A stretch of 54,767 nt of DNA from a virus (Duplodnaviria; Caudoviricetes): positions 1 through 54,767 of the IMG/VR virus record IMGVR_UViG_3300020042_011315; one strand, written 5' to 3'. The notes below the pieces were generated by a model. The model made no database searches. It had not been told where the DNA came from and saw nothing but the letters and a program-made list of their open reading frames with translations. Positions 27,157 to 37,074 of the stretch are shown here, in pieces. The position numbers were made by a program, and so were the translations under genes. Numbering within the stretch: the stretch's first letter is position 1; the number at the start of each line of letters is the position of its first letter.

Positions 27157-27320
27157 AGCAAATACTCCTAGTTAGTAAGCCATATTCTAAATTTCCAATA
27201 TGCGCCATGTGTCTTTATAACATCCTCATTAAATATCTGTTCTTCGTTGTCTTCAGACTTAGTTTTTTTGAGTGCCATTTGTGCTTAACGTGAATATGGT
27301 TTTGAGTAGCTAAACGTTTG

Positions 27321-30300
27321 TCATACATAGCCTTCAGCCACGCGTCTAGCCATTACATCCATACGGCCTTTGATATTTGAAATCCTTGCCGCCTTCTGCT
27401 CAGAGTCTAAGCTTGAGCTTCTCTCCACCATGCGGATCATCTCGTTGAATTTAGCCTCGTTACGCTTGACCCCTTCAACTTGTTTGTAACGTGTCAGCTT
27501 CTCTCGGTTAGCTTCTAAAAATTCTCTGGCCTCTTCAGGCTTTCTGTCCTTTTGCAACTGTCGCCAGGTTGCGTAGGCTTGTTCAAGCACCTTGGCTTGC
27601 TCATACATCTGAGTTACGTAGCGGGACTGGTCGGCCGGCAGACTAGAGACCATGTTGCCACTCGCCACTTTCCACATGTCGCTGGCCGGTTGCGTTGCCT
27701 GACCCGTGAGCGGGCGCAAAACCATATCGGTGGCGCCCACTACAAAAGTACCCAACCATCCGAAGTAGCCTCGGACAAGATGGTCGATCTGCACTGGTGA
27801 CAAGAATTCTTTATTGACCGCCCCGCTCACCGCATTGCCCGCTGTGCTTACACCCCTGGCCAGCATGCTGCTGTGGGAATTAAATCGGTAATCTGATTTG
27901 AGCCTCTCCATGCCCATCGATTCAATCGGACGGCCGGTGAAGCTGTCCTTGTTTGCGTAGATATCCAAGAGCGGTTTAGCAAATTGAGCGGTCGGGTTCA
28001 TGGACAAGTTATCCAAGATGATGTCCGAGACGTTTTTGCCCAGGCGCCTGCCCGTCATCTCTTTGCTGATGAAATACTCTATGCCGCGCTCGGCCAGCGT
28101 TGATATCGCGCCGATCTCGAACGGCTTGGGTATGCGAAAAGCCATGCCACCAAACTTGAACCACCAGTTGTTGTTGCGGTCCCAGTCTTCGCGTTTCTTC
28201 CAGTCGTCGTCGTCTTTGTATGCGAGCAGCAACCCAACGGAGAGCAGCGCCGTAGCACCGAGCACCGCACTGAAACGCTTGGGGTCTTCGTTGGCCGACT
28301 TGCCCAGCTTGTACAAACCCTGCAGCCTGGCATTCATAAACGGCACAACTTGCGTAAGGAAACGCACCGTCTGGAACGTGCCCTGCAGCGAGAAGTCCAT
28401 CAAGTCGCGGGCCATGAAGCTAGCCTCATCGTGACCAACGCCCTTACCGATAAGCTGCTTGTAAAGCGCTGCACGGTTCATCTCTTCACCGCGTGCGCCC
28501 ACTTCGTTGTACGCATCAAAGGCTTGCTTGAATTTATTAAACACCGCCTTGACCTTCTGGTCGCTGTCCAGGATGGTTGACTTGTCCACACCGCGGTCGA
28601 TCAGCATACGAGTGCGAGATGCTTCGTTGCCCTCGAGCATATTGCCAAAACGAATCAACCCGCCAGAGGCCAGAGCAGATACATAGGTCTGGCTCTTACG
28701 ATCACTTGCCTGGTAACCCTCGACTAAGTTCTTGGCAATGTTGTACGAAAGTGGCGATGTGGCCACGGCCTGCACCGAGTCGCGCATCAAGTTCTTTACC
28801 TTGTAATAAGGCGACGCCGTCACGCCCACCGTGAGCGCATGCTTGAAGCTGCTCATGGCATCCATTACAGGGCCCTTCATGCCGGTGTAGTTGATCGCTG
28901 AGAGCGAGGCCAAGATGTAGGGGTCAGAGACGGTGTAGTAAATCTTCTCAGTAGACTTGATCTCGGCCGTGCCGTCACTGACCTTTTGAACGCCGCCCTC
29001 TTCATAGCTCTGGCCTTTTGGAATCGTGCGAGTCACGGGGCCCATGTAGTAGAGAGCATCAGGCGTGTTGGCACTGGCGAGTGTGGCAGCGCCTACCTTC
29101 TCAGCAGCCTTAAGTGAGCTCTCAGCCGCAGCGTTCTTAGCACCGGCCTCGAGTAAGTGTGACCAGTTCTGCAGCGTGTTTGCCAGCAGATCAGAGTTCA
29201 GTTTCTCACTGCCGCCTTTGAGTCGCTCGAAAGCTTTCTGGCGCACCAGGCCGTCCTTGATGCTGCCGCCCTTGAAGGAGCCGTCATCTTCAGCTATGCG
29301 ATAGAACGGAACGTAGAACTCGTGCTCCCACAGCGCGCGGCTCTCAGGATCAATCAAGCCCTGCTGCTCGGCCATATCTAACGCATTTTTGTTGAACTCA
29401 TCAAAAGTCTTCAAAGAATCGCGGTAAATTTTTGTGCGGTCGCGCGTCACTTTGCCGGCGTCCGCGCCATGCTGCATGGTGTAGTCGTACTCGGTTGCTC
29501 CACTGGACAAGGTCTTGCCAGCTTGGATGTCAGTGGCCGTGAACAAGTTCTCGCGGTCTTCCTTAGATAAACGCTCAGCGCGGTTGGCTGCGATCCACCA
29601 CAAGAAGTCCTCGAGTTCGCCTTGTAATGGAATGCCAACGCGGTCCAAGAAACCACCCGACATGTCCGAGTCGTATACGCCTTTGTTCAACGACACCTTG
29701 CCGTAGCGCAACATCGCCTCGAGCGCACCGGCCGTGCCCTTGGACATACGCGCCAGGATGTAGCTCTTAAAGTCCAGCTTCTTGATGGAAGCAAAGGGAT
29801 CGACCATGCCTTGGGTCATCTTCAAAGCGAAGTCTTTGCGCAGCTCCTTGACGCGCTCTTTGAGTGTGGGCTCAGTGACTGCGCGCCCAGTGTTTTCAAA
29901 AAATGCGCGCTGCTCTGGCGTGTAGTCCCGCTTGCTCTCACCCACGATGCGTTGGCGACTAAACAAGGGCTGCCCTTCGGCCAGCTTATCGCGCATGGCG
30001 CCCTTTTCCAAAGCGCTGTAAAAACGCGGGTTGGATTTGCTAATGTTTGGGTTGGCCTGGTTGTACTCGCCGTTGTTACCAATGGCTGATTTAATTTGTG
30101 TTGGCTCGAATGCGTTGGCTTCGACAAAGTCTCCAAACTCATCAACCACAACAATGCCGTCGTAGTCGTTGCTCTGCAGCATCTCACGCAGCTCGGAACC
30201 GTACAAGTCTTTAAGTCGTTTTTTGCCGCCACTGATTTCTTGGACTGCGCTTTGAAGCTGCTTGTCAATTTCCCTTGTCCCTATTGAATCAAGCGTTGCT

Positions 30301-33300
30301 AACTTACCGTCACCAATATTTTTGTATTGGACTGGAGCCTTTATGTTGATGACCAGCGGATTGACAATGTTCATGTAGATCGGCATGACCAACCCGTCCG
30401 GTGCGTAGCTCTCGGAGTACTCTGGAATTGATGAGGCATAAATGCCCTCGCCCAGCTTGCCATCCGGAGACGTTATAAAAGTGCTAAAAATGTTTCCACG
30501 ATCGGGATCTGACTCAGGTGTGTAGTTACGGCCTTCGCGCTTTCTAGTCGCGTGGTACATAACTTTGGGTTCGCCGTTTTCATCCACGATTTGGGTTTGG
30601 CCAAACATGGCCCTGAACTCAGGCGTGCTCTCTTGACGTTGGCGAGACAGCATCACTTGCCTACCCGTGCGTTCAGGCGTTTCTATAACTGCAATTGGTA
30701 ACGTCTTGCGTTCTGGTTTTTTGCCGGTCAGTTTGTCCTGATCGCGGATCAATAGCGTATCGCCGTCACGCTCAGGGTTGTAGTCCACAAAGAACCCGTC
30801 GTTCTTGAGCGCAGCGTCTTCTGGCTTACCCGTACGGTCTTTGTTGGTCAAACCAATAATCATGCCTACGCCGTCATCGCGTTTGGGATCGAGGAAGCGT
30901 GCGTCGTAGTTATCGCCATTCCAGACTTGGTAAGTTTTGCCAGTGACTTCGTCTTTTAAAAATGCTGGGATGTCGTTGCGGCTAGTGAACGCCATAGCTA
31001 CGTTAAAGCCTTCGTCCAGCTTGGTCACCATCTTTTTCCAGTTCGACCCAATGCCTATGGTCTTTCCGTCAACGACTTGTGCAACGCCGTCTGAGCTGTA
31101 TGTCAGGTGATGGTTTGGTGCAATTGAGCGCGAGTTATTCTTCGTGTAGTCATACCATTCCACATTCGGGAATGCGTTGATCAAAGATTTAAATACGTTG
31201 GGCGGGAAGTCGCTTGTGACGTTGAACCGTATTGCAGGCTGATACACCTGTTTCGCAGTTACAACGTCCTCTTTGCCTTTTTCCTTAAAGACTTCAACGC
31301 CTGTTTCTTTGTTAGCCCAAGCTTCAAACAATTTGACTTCGTTGTACATCACAACCGCAAAATCAGCAGGGTGCAATACCAGCGCTTCAGTCTTTAAGTA
31401 CTGGGACAGCCGGGGGCCAGAGCGGAACTGTCCTTCACCGCCATAAAGCCAGTTCTGACCGGAAGTCTCCCCCAGACACAAGCTCGCGCAACGCGCTGAC
31501 TGGGGGCAAGTGTTGGCGCTTTCGTTAATCTTCTGCGCAGACGCAAGGCCAAGGCCCATCGAGGCAACGCTCTTGTCTTCAAATGTCAAACCGTAATCGC
31601 CAAGACGGGTCTTTTGCAGCTTGCCGTTCTCGCCTAACAACGTGCCAATGTTGTGCTCATCTTTCAACACTACACGCGCTTGCTTTAAACGCTCTTTTTG
31701 CAGTGCTGGGCTTAGCGCTTTGTAGGCTTCTATAGACGCATTGAAGTCCCGGCCAATGTCAGAGATGGTGACCGTTGCACTGAGCGCTTTGGTACGCGGG
31801 GCATCTAGCGTAAAGAGCTTGGTCTGCTTCATCTTGTTGGCAAAGGCTTGACCCTCGGCCAGTTGGATGAAAAAATCTTTGCGCCCGCCTTCATACTCTG
31901 CATCGAATTGCAGCAGCGAGGGATCGACTTGGATCAATACATTGGCACCGCCTATAGGCTGATCAATGTTGCCAGGCTTTGCAGCAACGGCCGGAGCGCT
32001 TGACTCGTTGGTTAAATAAATACGATTACTGGCCGGCGTCGTGCCGCGAAGGCGCCTGTCTTTAGCAACGCGCCTCGCTTCTTCATTGGTCGTTGGGAAG
32101 TACAGCGTAACGGTGCCGTTTTTATTTAGAGGCACACCCAACAATGGGTGATTCTCACGGCCTTTTGCCAGGTCTTTGGCCGCGTACTCGCGTTTAACCG
32201 ACAAAGTTGCTTTAGCCACTTGGGGTTGGAGCTGGCCTTCAGACAAATACGGATGAATGCTGTTCTTGCGCTCGTAGGCGTCAGCCTGGCGGCGATCCTT
32301 GTCAGTGGCTTTCCACTGGCTTGGTACTAAGCGTGAGCTGGACTTGGTGATCTCTGGCGTCTCGACAGAAGTGGCTGCACTAGCAGTCAGTGCTGTGCGA
32401 CTCTCAGCCTGAGCGCGCTCAGCCTCCATCTGCATTGCTGGAATCTTCTGGTCCTTGGCATAGGTGACCAAGGCTGTTTTTAATGCAGCGCGAATCTCTT
32501 CTAAGTTTTTGACCAGCTCGTCCGCTTGGAACCGCTGTGTGCCGGGCGCCATCTTGGAGATGACGTCCATCGCTGCTTTAATTGACTGGTTGATCGCTGC
32601 GGCCAAGCGCATGATGACGTTGCGAGCTTCGCCCTCAGGCGCAGACTCAGCGATCTCGGTGAACACCTCGGTCAGGAAGTTTTCATCCTGAAATGCGTTG
32701 CCCATCAGATCGGCTGACAGCTCTTCGATGTTGGCACCAGACCCGTAGTCTTGCCGGAACTGTGCGCGTGTCTCAGCGTCCATGCGCTTGGCAACAACTG
32801 CTGCAATCGCGCGGTAAGCGATAGGGTTGTCGCGTTTAAGTAAGTGCAGCAGCTCATGGCCAAAGACAGCCAGCGGTGACATCTGGCTCTTGGCGTTGAT
32901 GAAGAGCGTCTTGTTGTCCGCGTTGCTAACAAAGCCGTCAGCCTTTAAGGTGTCTGAGTTAAAGAACACGACCTTCTTACCAAAGCGGCGAGCTAGTTGC
33001 TGGATCAGCTTGGTCATGCCTTGGCGTTCGCCAGACTCGGCCACGGTGTAAGTGTGCTGGGTGCCCTTGTCGTAAATCGTTGCTGTGCTGCCAGGTACTT
33101 GCTCTCGAGGGGTCGAGAGCTTAGCGTCGGTTTGAACAATACCGCCGGTTACGTTTGATAAGGAATCGCGCAGTCGGTCAACGCGCTGCTCTTCTGGGGT
33201 CGAAGGCTCAACGGGTGCAGCCGGTGCTTCTTGGTTTGAAAGCCCCACGCGAGCGCGAAAATTTCGCTTACCCATAAGCCCCACATCAAACGGGCCATTG

Positions 33301-35567
33301 GGAGTTGGCGCAGCTTCGCTCGCAACGGTGCGATTGCCAAGGGCTTGTTTTACATCAGCATTAATTTCGTCACTTGTTTTTTTGTCAGTATTGATTTTTT
33401 GTAAAAGATCGGTGCCCTTTGGAGTCGTTACCCCGTCACTATCGATAAACCCGTTTTTAGTCAATGCTGCCAAAGTGCCTTGGTCACCCCAATCCTTAGT
33501 GGCTTTATTAAATCCATCAACCAAAATATTGATGACATTAGGTGCGTGATAAGGAACTTCTTTTGTTGCTGCTTCTTTAGGTGCTTGAACAGCCGGCACC
33601 TGCTCGATCTCAGGTGCTTTGGTCTGGACCGTCTCGCGTGGGCGATTTGTTAAAGGGATACCAGTGGCTTGCGTGAGCCTTTGGTCAATGCTTAAATCCG
33701 GTGCCAGGCTTGGATCAATGCGGTCGTAAGGCTGGCCTAGATTTGCTTCTCTGAAAATCTGAGCTTCTGCAGACGAGGCAACGCCGCCACGCTCCTGAAC
33801 ATTGCGCATCGCGCGAGCAATGATCTCTTGACGTGGTTGATCCTCAGCCAAGCGATTGGTTTCTTTTCCAGCAAGCGCACTGGCTTCGATTTGGTTCTGG
33901 GCCTGCGCGGCCGAGGGGCCTGCTGCTGGCGCTCCTAAATCTAAATTCGGCAGCGCTTGCTTAGCAATTGCAAATGTTCCGGCCTGAGTGGGATGCGGCA
34001 CAACGGCTAGCTCGAGCGAATTGCCACCAGCGTTGGCCGTGGTGTCACGCACCACTGCCAATCGTGTTTGCGCCTGTGCGGCCGTCATCGGCGTGAGGTC
34101 AACAAAGTTCGCAGCAGCGCCAGGTGCGGGTGTGCCTCTGCCTGTTTGAGCTTGGGCTAAAAGATTCTCGCGATTTAAAGATGGAATGCCGGGCGTGTTG
34201 GCCTCAGCAATTAACTCAGCTTGTCTATCTATAAGCGACTGGCGCTCAGGCAGACTTGCTGTGGCCAGTGGGTTACCGGCAATTTGCTGGGGAGCTGCGT
34301 TGAGCGATTGTGCCGGCGTTGGTATTGCACCACCGGCCAGGTCAGCAGTTATCGCTGGTGTCAGTTGCGTGTCCACTACCTGGCGAAGGATCATGTCCAT
34401 GTCGCCTGCGGCCGCGTTGGCAGCGATCGCTGCGCTACCAGCATCAGTAGAATTTTTAAGTTGGTTTAGGGAGTTGTCGCGCTGGGCTGAACCAAAAACG
34501 GCAGAGGTGCCGCCGCCCATTAAACCGCCTACAACAAAGCCTTGCGCTGCAGCTTCGCCAACACCCTTGGACAAATCAAGCGAAGGGGTGATCTGTCGCA
34601 TTGCGACGTTCTGCCCTAATTGCTCACCCGTGCTTTGCACCGTCTCGGTCAAGCCCTCAGTGCCAAAACCTTTTAAGCTGCGGCCAACAAGGGGGCCGCC
34701 TCCACCAATGATCTTTCCAAGAACGCGGCCACCGACTAAATTGGTTGCGGCGTCAACTGCACCTGAGATAAGACCCGATTCTTGACCAACCTTGGCTGTA
34801 AGGTATCCACGCGCTGTCTCTGGCGTATAGCCTTGAGCTAATAAAGCTTGGTAGTCGGGTGAAGCTTCATAAACTTCTGGCTTGATTTGTGAAGCTTCAA
34901 GCGTTGCTTGCGTTTTGCCGCCAGCAAACCCAAGTGCACCTTCACCGATGGCACCCGTTGTTGCCATAGTCTTAGCGCCCATCTCAATAGCTGCTGTTCG
35001 TCCAACGGCTTGAGCTTCTGCTGCTGTTGCGCCTCTGGCTAGTGCGGCCGTTGTTGCTTGTTCAGCCGCAACAAGCGAGCGTCCACGAGTTAAGTAACCG
35101 CTAACGGCAAGTACGATGGTCGAAGGTAATGAGCCAAGTAAATCGCCAGCGACTCTAGTGGGAGAGAGGTACGCGGCTTTATTTGGATCAAGCGTTGCGT
35201 ATTCCAAATCTTGGATTGACTCACCCGATACAGCACCATTCTCAGGTTTAACTCGCTGCATGTTCTCCTGGCTTATGCGAGCTTGCTCATTTGCAAAACG
35301 TGAAAGCACCATTGAGGCGCTTTTTTCAGTAACTTTTTTAAAACCTTCGGGGTCGTCTTTATAAAGCGTTGCAGCGTCTTGTTCACTGAGCGTAAACGGA
35401 TTAAGCGTATCTACCAGAGTGGCTAGACCGCCAAGCACTGCCCGCCCGCCCGCTTCTGCGGATGCGCCTAAGAAAGTTCGATCTTGCACGACCTTCGGTT
35501 TTTCAGACGTGTCATATTTATCAAAGGGATTAACGGCAACGTCGTATTTGTCAAACGGATTTGCCAT
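27321..35567 (-). CDS. Giant polyvalent virion ejection protein (HExxH metallopeptidase-like, ART-like, GP88-like, ART-PolyVal-like, LPD38-like domains)
   Basis: MANPFDKYD start; GHELLH; CPQSARCASLC...RFNVTSD...YDYTK; STPEF...VMYH...GEGIY...YDGI...FEPTQIKSAIGNNG; C-terminal RIPKPFEIG. Last gene of the ejection cluster. Confidence 0.9.
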   Translation of the reverse strand: MANPFDKYDVAVNPFDKYDTSEKPKVVQDRTFLGASAEAGGRAVLGGLATLVDTLNPFTLSEQDAATLYKDDPEGFKKVTEKSASMVLSRFANEQARISQENMQRVKPENGAVSGESIQDLEYATLDPNKAAYLSPTRVAGDLLGSLPSTIVLAVSGYLTRGRSLVAAEQATTAALARGATAAEAQAVGRTAAIEMGAKTMATTGAIGEGALGFAGGKTQATLEASQIKPEVYEASPDYQALLAQGYTPETARGYLTAKVGQESGLISGAVDAATNLVGGRVLGKIIGGGGPLVGRSLKGFGTEGLTETVQSTGEQLGQNVAMRQITPSLDLSKGVGEAAAQGFVVGGLMGGGTSAVFGSAQRDNSLNQLKNSTDAGSAAIAANAAAGDMDMILRQVVDTQLTPAITADLAGGAIPTPAQSLNAAPQQIAGNPLATASLPERQSLIDRQAELIAEANTPGIPSLNRENLLAQAQTGRGTPAPGAAANFVDLTPMTAAQAQTRLAVVRDTTANAGGNSLELAVVPHPTQAGTFAIAKQALPNLDLGAPAAGPSAAQAQNQIEASALAGKETNRLAEDQPRQEIIARAMRNVQERGGVASSAEAQIFREANLGQPYDRIDPSLAPDLSIDQRLTQATGIPLTNRPRETVQTKAPEIEQVPAVQAPKEAATKEVPYHAPNVINILVDGFNKATKDWGDQGTLAALTKNGFIDSDGVTTPKGTDLLQKINTDKKTSDEINADVKQALGNRTVASEAAPTPNGPFDVGLMGKRNFRARVGLSNQEAPAAPVEPSTPEEQRVDRLRDSLSNVTGGIVQTDAKLSTPREQVPGSTATIYDKGTQHTYTVAESGERQGMTKLIQQLARRFGKKVVFFNSDTLKADGFVSNADNKTLFINAKSQMSPLAVFGHELLHLLKRDNPIAYRAIAAVVAKRMDAETRAQFRQDYGSGANIEELSADLMGNAFQDENFLTEVFTEIAESAPEGEARNVIMRLAAAINQSIKAAMDVISKMAPGTQRFQADELVKNLEEIRAALKTALVTYAKDQKIPAMQMEAERAQAESRTALTASAATSVETPEITKSSSRLVPSQWKATDKDRRQADAYERKNSIHPYLSEGQLQPQVAKATLSVKREYAAKDLAKGRENHPLLGVPLNKNGTVTLYFPTTNEEARRVAKDRRLRGTTPASNRIYLTNESSAPAVAAKPGNIDQPIGGANVLIQVDPSLLQFDAEYEGGRKDFFIQLAEGQAFANKMKQTKLFTLDAPRTKALSATVTISDIGRDFNASIEAYKALSPALQKERLKQARVVLKDEHNIGTLLGENGKLQKTRLGDYGLTFEDKSVASMGLGLASAQKINESANTCPQSARCASLCLGETSGQNWLYGGEGQFRSGPRLSQYLKTEALVLHPADFAVVMYNEVKLFEAWANKETGVEVFKEKGKEDVVTAKQVYQPAIRFNVTSDFPPNVFKSLINAFPNVEWYDYTKNNSRSIAPNHHLTYSSDGVAQVVDGKTIGIGSNWKKMVTKLDEGFNVAMAFTSRNDIPAFLKDEVTGKTYQVWNGDNYDARFLDPKRDDGVGMIIGLTNKDRTGKPEDAALKNDGFFVDYNPERDGDTLLIRDQDKLTGKKPERKTLPIAVIETPERTGRQVMLSRQRQESTPEFRAMFGQTQIVDENGEPKVMYHATRKREGRNYTPESDPDRGNIFSTFITSPDGKLGEGIYASSIPEYSESYAPDGLVMPIYMNIVNPLVINIKAPVQYKNIGDGKLATLDSIGTREIDKQLQSAVQEISGGKKRLKDLYGSELREMLQSNDYDGIVVVDEFGDFVEANAFEPTQIKSAIGNNGEYNQANPNISKSNPRFYSALEKGAMRDKLAEGQPLFSRQRIVGESKRDYTPEQRAFFENTGRAVTEPTLKERVKELRKDFALKMTQGMVDPFASIKKLDFKSYILARMSKGTAGALEAMLRYGKVSLNKGVYDSDMSGGFLDRVGIPLQGELEDFLWWIAANRAERLSKEDRENLFTATDIQAGKTLSSGATEYDYTMQHGADAGKVTRDRTKIYRDSLKTFDEFNKNALDMAEQQGLIDPESRALWEHEFYVPFYRIAEDDGSFKGGSIKDGLVRQKAFERLKGGSEKLNSDLLANTLQNWSHLLEAGAKNAAAESSLKAAEKVGAATLASANTPDALYYMGPVTRTIPKGQSYEEGGVQKVSDGTAEIKSTEKIYYTVSDPYILASLSAINYTGMKGPVMDAMSSFKHALTVGVTASPYYKVKNLMRDSVQAVATSPLSYNIAKNLVEGYQASDRKSQTYVSALASGGLIRFGNMLEGNEASRTRMLIDRGVDKSTILDSDQKVKAVFNKFKQAFDAYNEVGARGEEMNRAALYKQLIGKGVGHDEASFMARDLMDFSLQGTFQTVRFLTQVVPFMNARLQGLYKLGKSANEDPKRFSAVLGATALLSVGLLLAYKDDDDWKKREDWDRNNNWWFKFGGMAFRIPKPFEIGAISTLAERGIEYFISKEMTGRRLGKNVSDIILDNLSMNPTAQFAKPLLDIYANKDSFTGRPIESMGMERLKSDYRFNSHSSMLARGVSTAGNAVSGAVNKEFLSPVQIDHLVRGYFGWLGTFVVGATDMVLRPLTGQATQPASDMWKVASGNMVSSLPADQSRYVTQMYEQAKVLEQAYATWRQLQKDRKPEEAREFLEANREKLTRYKQVEGVKRNEAKFNEMIRMVERSSSLDSEQKAARISNIKGRMDVMARRVAEGYV

Positions 35568-35571
35568 TGTT

Positions 35572-36555
35572 TTACTTTGCTTTCAAATGCTTGGCTGCTG
35601 CGCCCTTGCCATACTTTTGATCAAACGCTGGAGCCAAGCTTGGGTCAGCCAGGAGATCAGCAATCGCACCCGCTGGTGCGACCGGAAGCGCTGAAGCAGT
35701 GGAGCCAGGTAAACGCTTATCCGCAATGGATTTAAGAAGCGCGTCTGCACTTCTTTCATAGTCTTGCGCGCGCGTCGTCAATTCTTTGGCCTCGTCTGGC
35801 GCAGCCATCTCCGCATCTTTGCGAAGGTTTTGAGCCATCGTGACCCAACTGCGTGCTGCCATAGCAACATCACCAAAGGTCTTGGTACTTGCACCGTTAA
35901 GGTCAGAGATGGTTCGTGTTAAGCGGTCACGTTCGTCTGGGTCAGTAGTCTTTGATAAGAGGGTTCTGGCATCTTGAAGAGCTTGTGCGTTTGTAAGCGT
36001 AAAGTTAGAAAGAGCCGCCTGAGCTTTTGAGCCCGAAGATTCTTTTGCACTTGTCTCGGCAGCAACTGAGCCAAGATAACCTTTGGTGCCAACCCTAGCA
36101 TTTTGCTCAGCGGCTGTTGCATTGCCAGTCTGCGTAGCAGCTTCAACAACATTGCCTTTATTTGCAAGCAAACTTGCTGCTTTTAAATTTGCTTCAGCAG
36201 CAGGCACACCAGCGACAGCTTCGGCGTTGATGCCAGCGGCTTTGTTGGTGGCTAGTTTGCCGGTTAATCCCGAAGTGCTAACAGCATCTGCTCCAGCTAC
36301 TTGACCAGCGACAACACCTCTCGCAACGGTTGGTGCTGCTGCTGCAGTTGCTGTGGCCGTCTTACCAATATCATCAATATTTCTTGAGCGAGTGATCTCA
36401 TCGACCCGTAGCTTCATCTGCTCTTCCATGTCCAGGAGCTGCTTGCTCAGGTCGACCTTTTGATCTTTATCAAACTCGCTCTTTGCGCCAATGCTGTACG
36501 CATCAGCCGCGCCTTTAAAGCCGCCAGCGGCGGCATTGATTAGTCCAGCAAGCAT
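35572..36555 (-). CDS. Internal virion / ejection protein
   Basis: Ala-rich helical protein; C-terminal FDQKYGKGAA motif; position in the cluster. Confidence 0.7.
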   Translation of the reverse strand: MLAGLINAAAGGFKGAADAYSIGAKSEFDKDQKVDLSKQLLDMEEQMKLRVDEITRSRNIDDIGKTATATAAAAPTVARGVVAGQVAGADAVSTSGLTGKLATNKAAGINAEAVAGVPAAEANLKAASLLANKGNVVEAATQTGNATAAEQNARVGTKGYLGSVAAETSAKESSGSKAQAALSNFTLTNAQALQDARTLLSKTTDPDERDRLTRTISDLNGASTKTFGDVAMAARSWVTMAQNLRKDAEMAAPDEAKELTTRAQDYERSADALLKSIADKRLPGSTASALPVAPAGAIADLLADPSLAPAFDQKYGKGAAAKHLKAK

Positions 36556-36557
36556 GA

Positions 36558-37055
36558 TTAGCCCTTCACGTTCTGGTTAGAAAAGCCGTTCAAAATTGAG
36601 TACACCTTGTCCGAGTCACCACCGAACATTTTGATAGTGGTCTCGACAAAAACTTGCATTGCGTCACCAACGGATTTGTCATCGATGTTTTCAATTTGCG
36701 TCTTCTTTAAGAAGTCAGCGGCCTGAGCCAGCAAATAAACGCCTGCCGGAATAACCACAGCCGGCGGCATTGTGTTGTTTGATTCTTTGAACAGCGTTGC
36801 CATCAAGCCCGAAATGCCTATGCCTAAGCGCTGGCTTATCGGACCATCACCCTGTATCTGCTGCATCACCATTTTGTTGGTCTTCTCGCCAAACATAATC
36901 TTCATGCCGGCCAGTACAACGCGGTCATAAGCGTTTTGCAGTTTTGGGGGCATCTTGGTGTTTTCTTTAATTGCCTCGGGCGTAATCGCACCTTCCGTTG
37001 GTGGCGCACCACCCTCGGTAGGTTGCATCATGTTTTGTTCAATCATTCCGGCCAT
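36558..37055 (-). CDS. Hypothetical virion-module protein
   Basis: AGGAG RBS; AYDRVVLAGMK motif. Confidence 0.75.
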   Translation of the reverse strand: MAGMIEQNMMQPTEGGAPPTEGAITPEAIKENTKMPPKLQNAYDRVVLAGMKIMFGEKTNKMVMQQIQGDGPISQRLGIGISGLMATLFKESNNTMPPAVVIPAGVYLLAQAADFLKKTQIENIDDKSVGDAMQVFVETTIKMFGGDSDKVYSILNGFSNQNVKG

Positions 37056-37074
37056 AGATTTCTCCTGTATTTAT

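Larger units (their letters stand above)
24965..27348. repeat. 23-bp direct repeat CATAGCCTTCAGCCACGCGTCTA (24965-24987 and 27326-27348) bracketing an insert
   Basis: Exact match; the second copy is the last codons of the 2748-aa gene. Confidence 0.9.

Noticed and set aside
27168-27278. 36-aa - strand micro-ORF MALKKTKSEDNEEQIF...
   Set aside because: Too short, weak RBS and no motif; possibly a gene remnant but not supportable.
18658-27280. Integron cassette array
   Set aside because: I found no recurring attC (RYYYAAC...GTTRRRY) hairpins between genes, and the integrase looks like a phage Rci/HP1-type enzyme without an evident IntI insertion.
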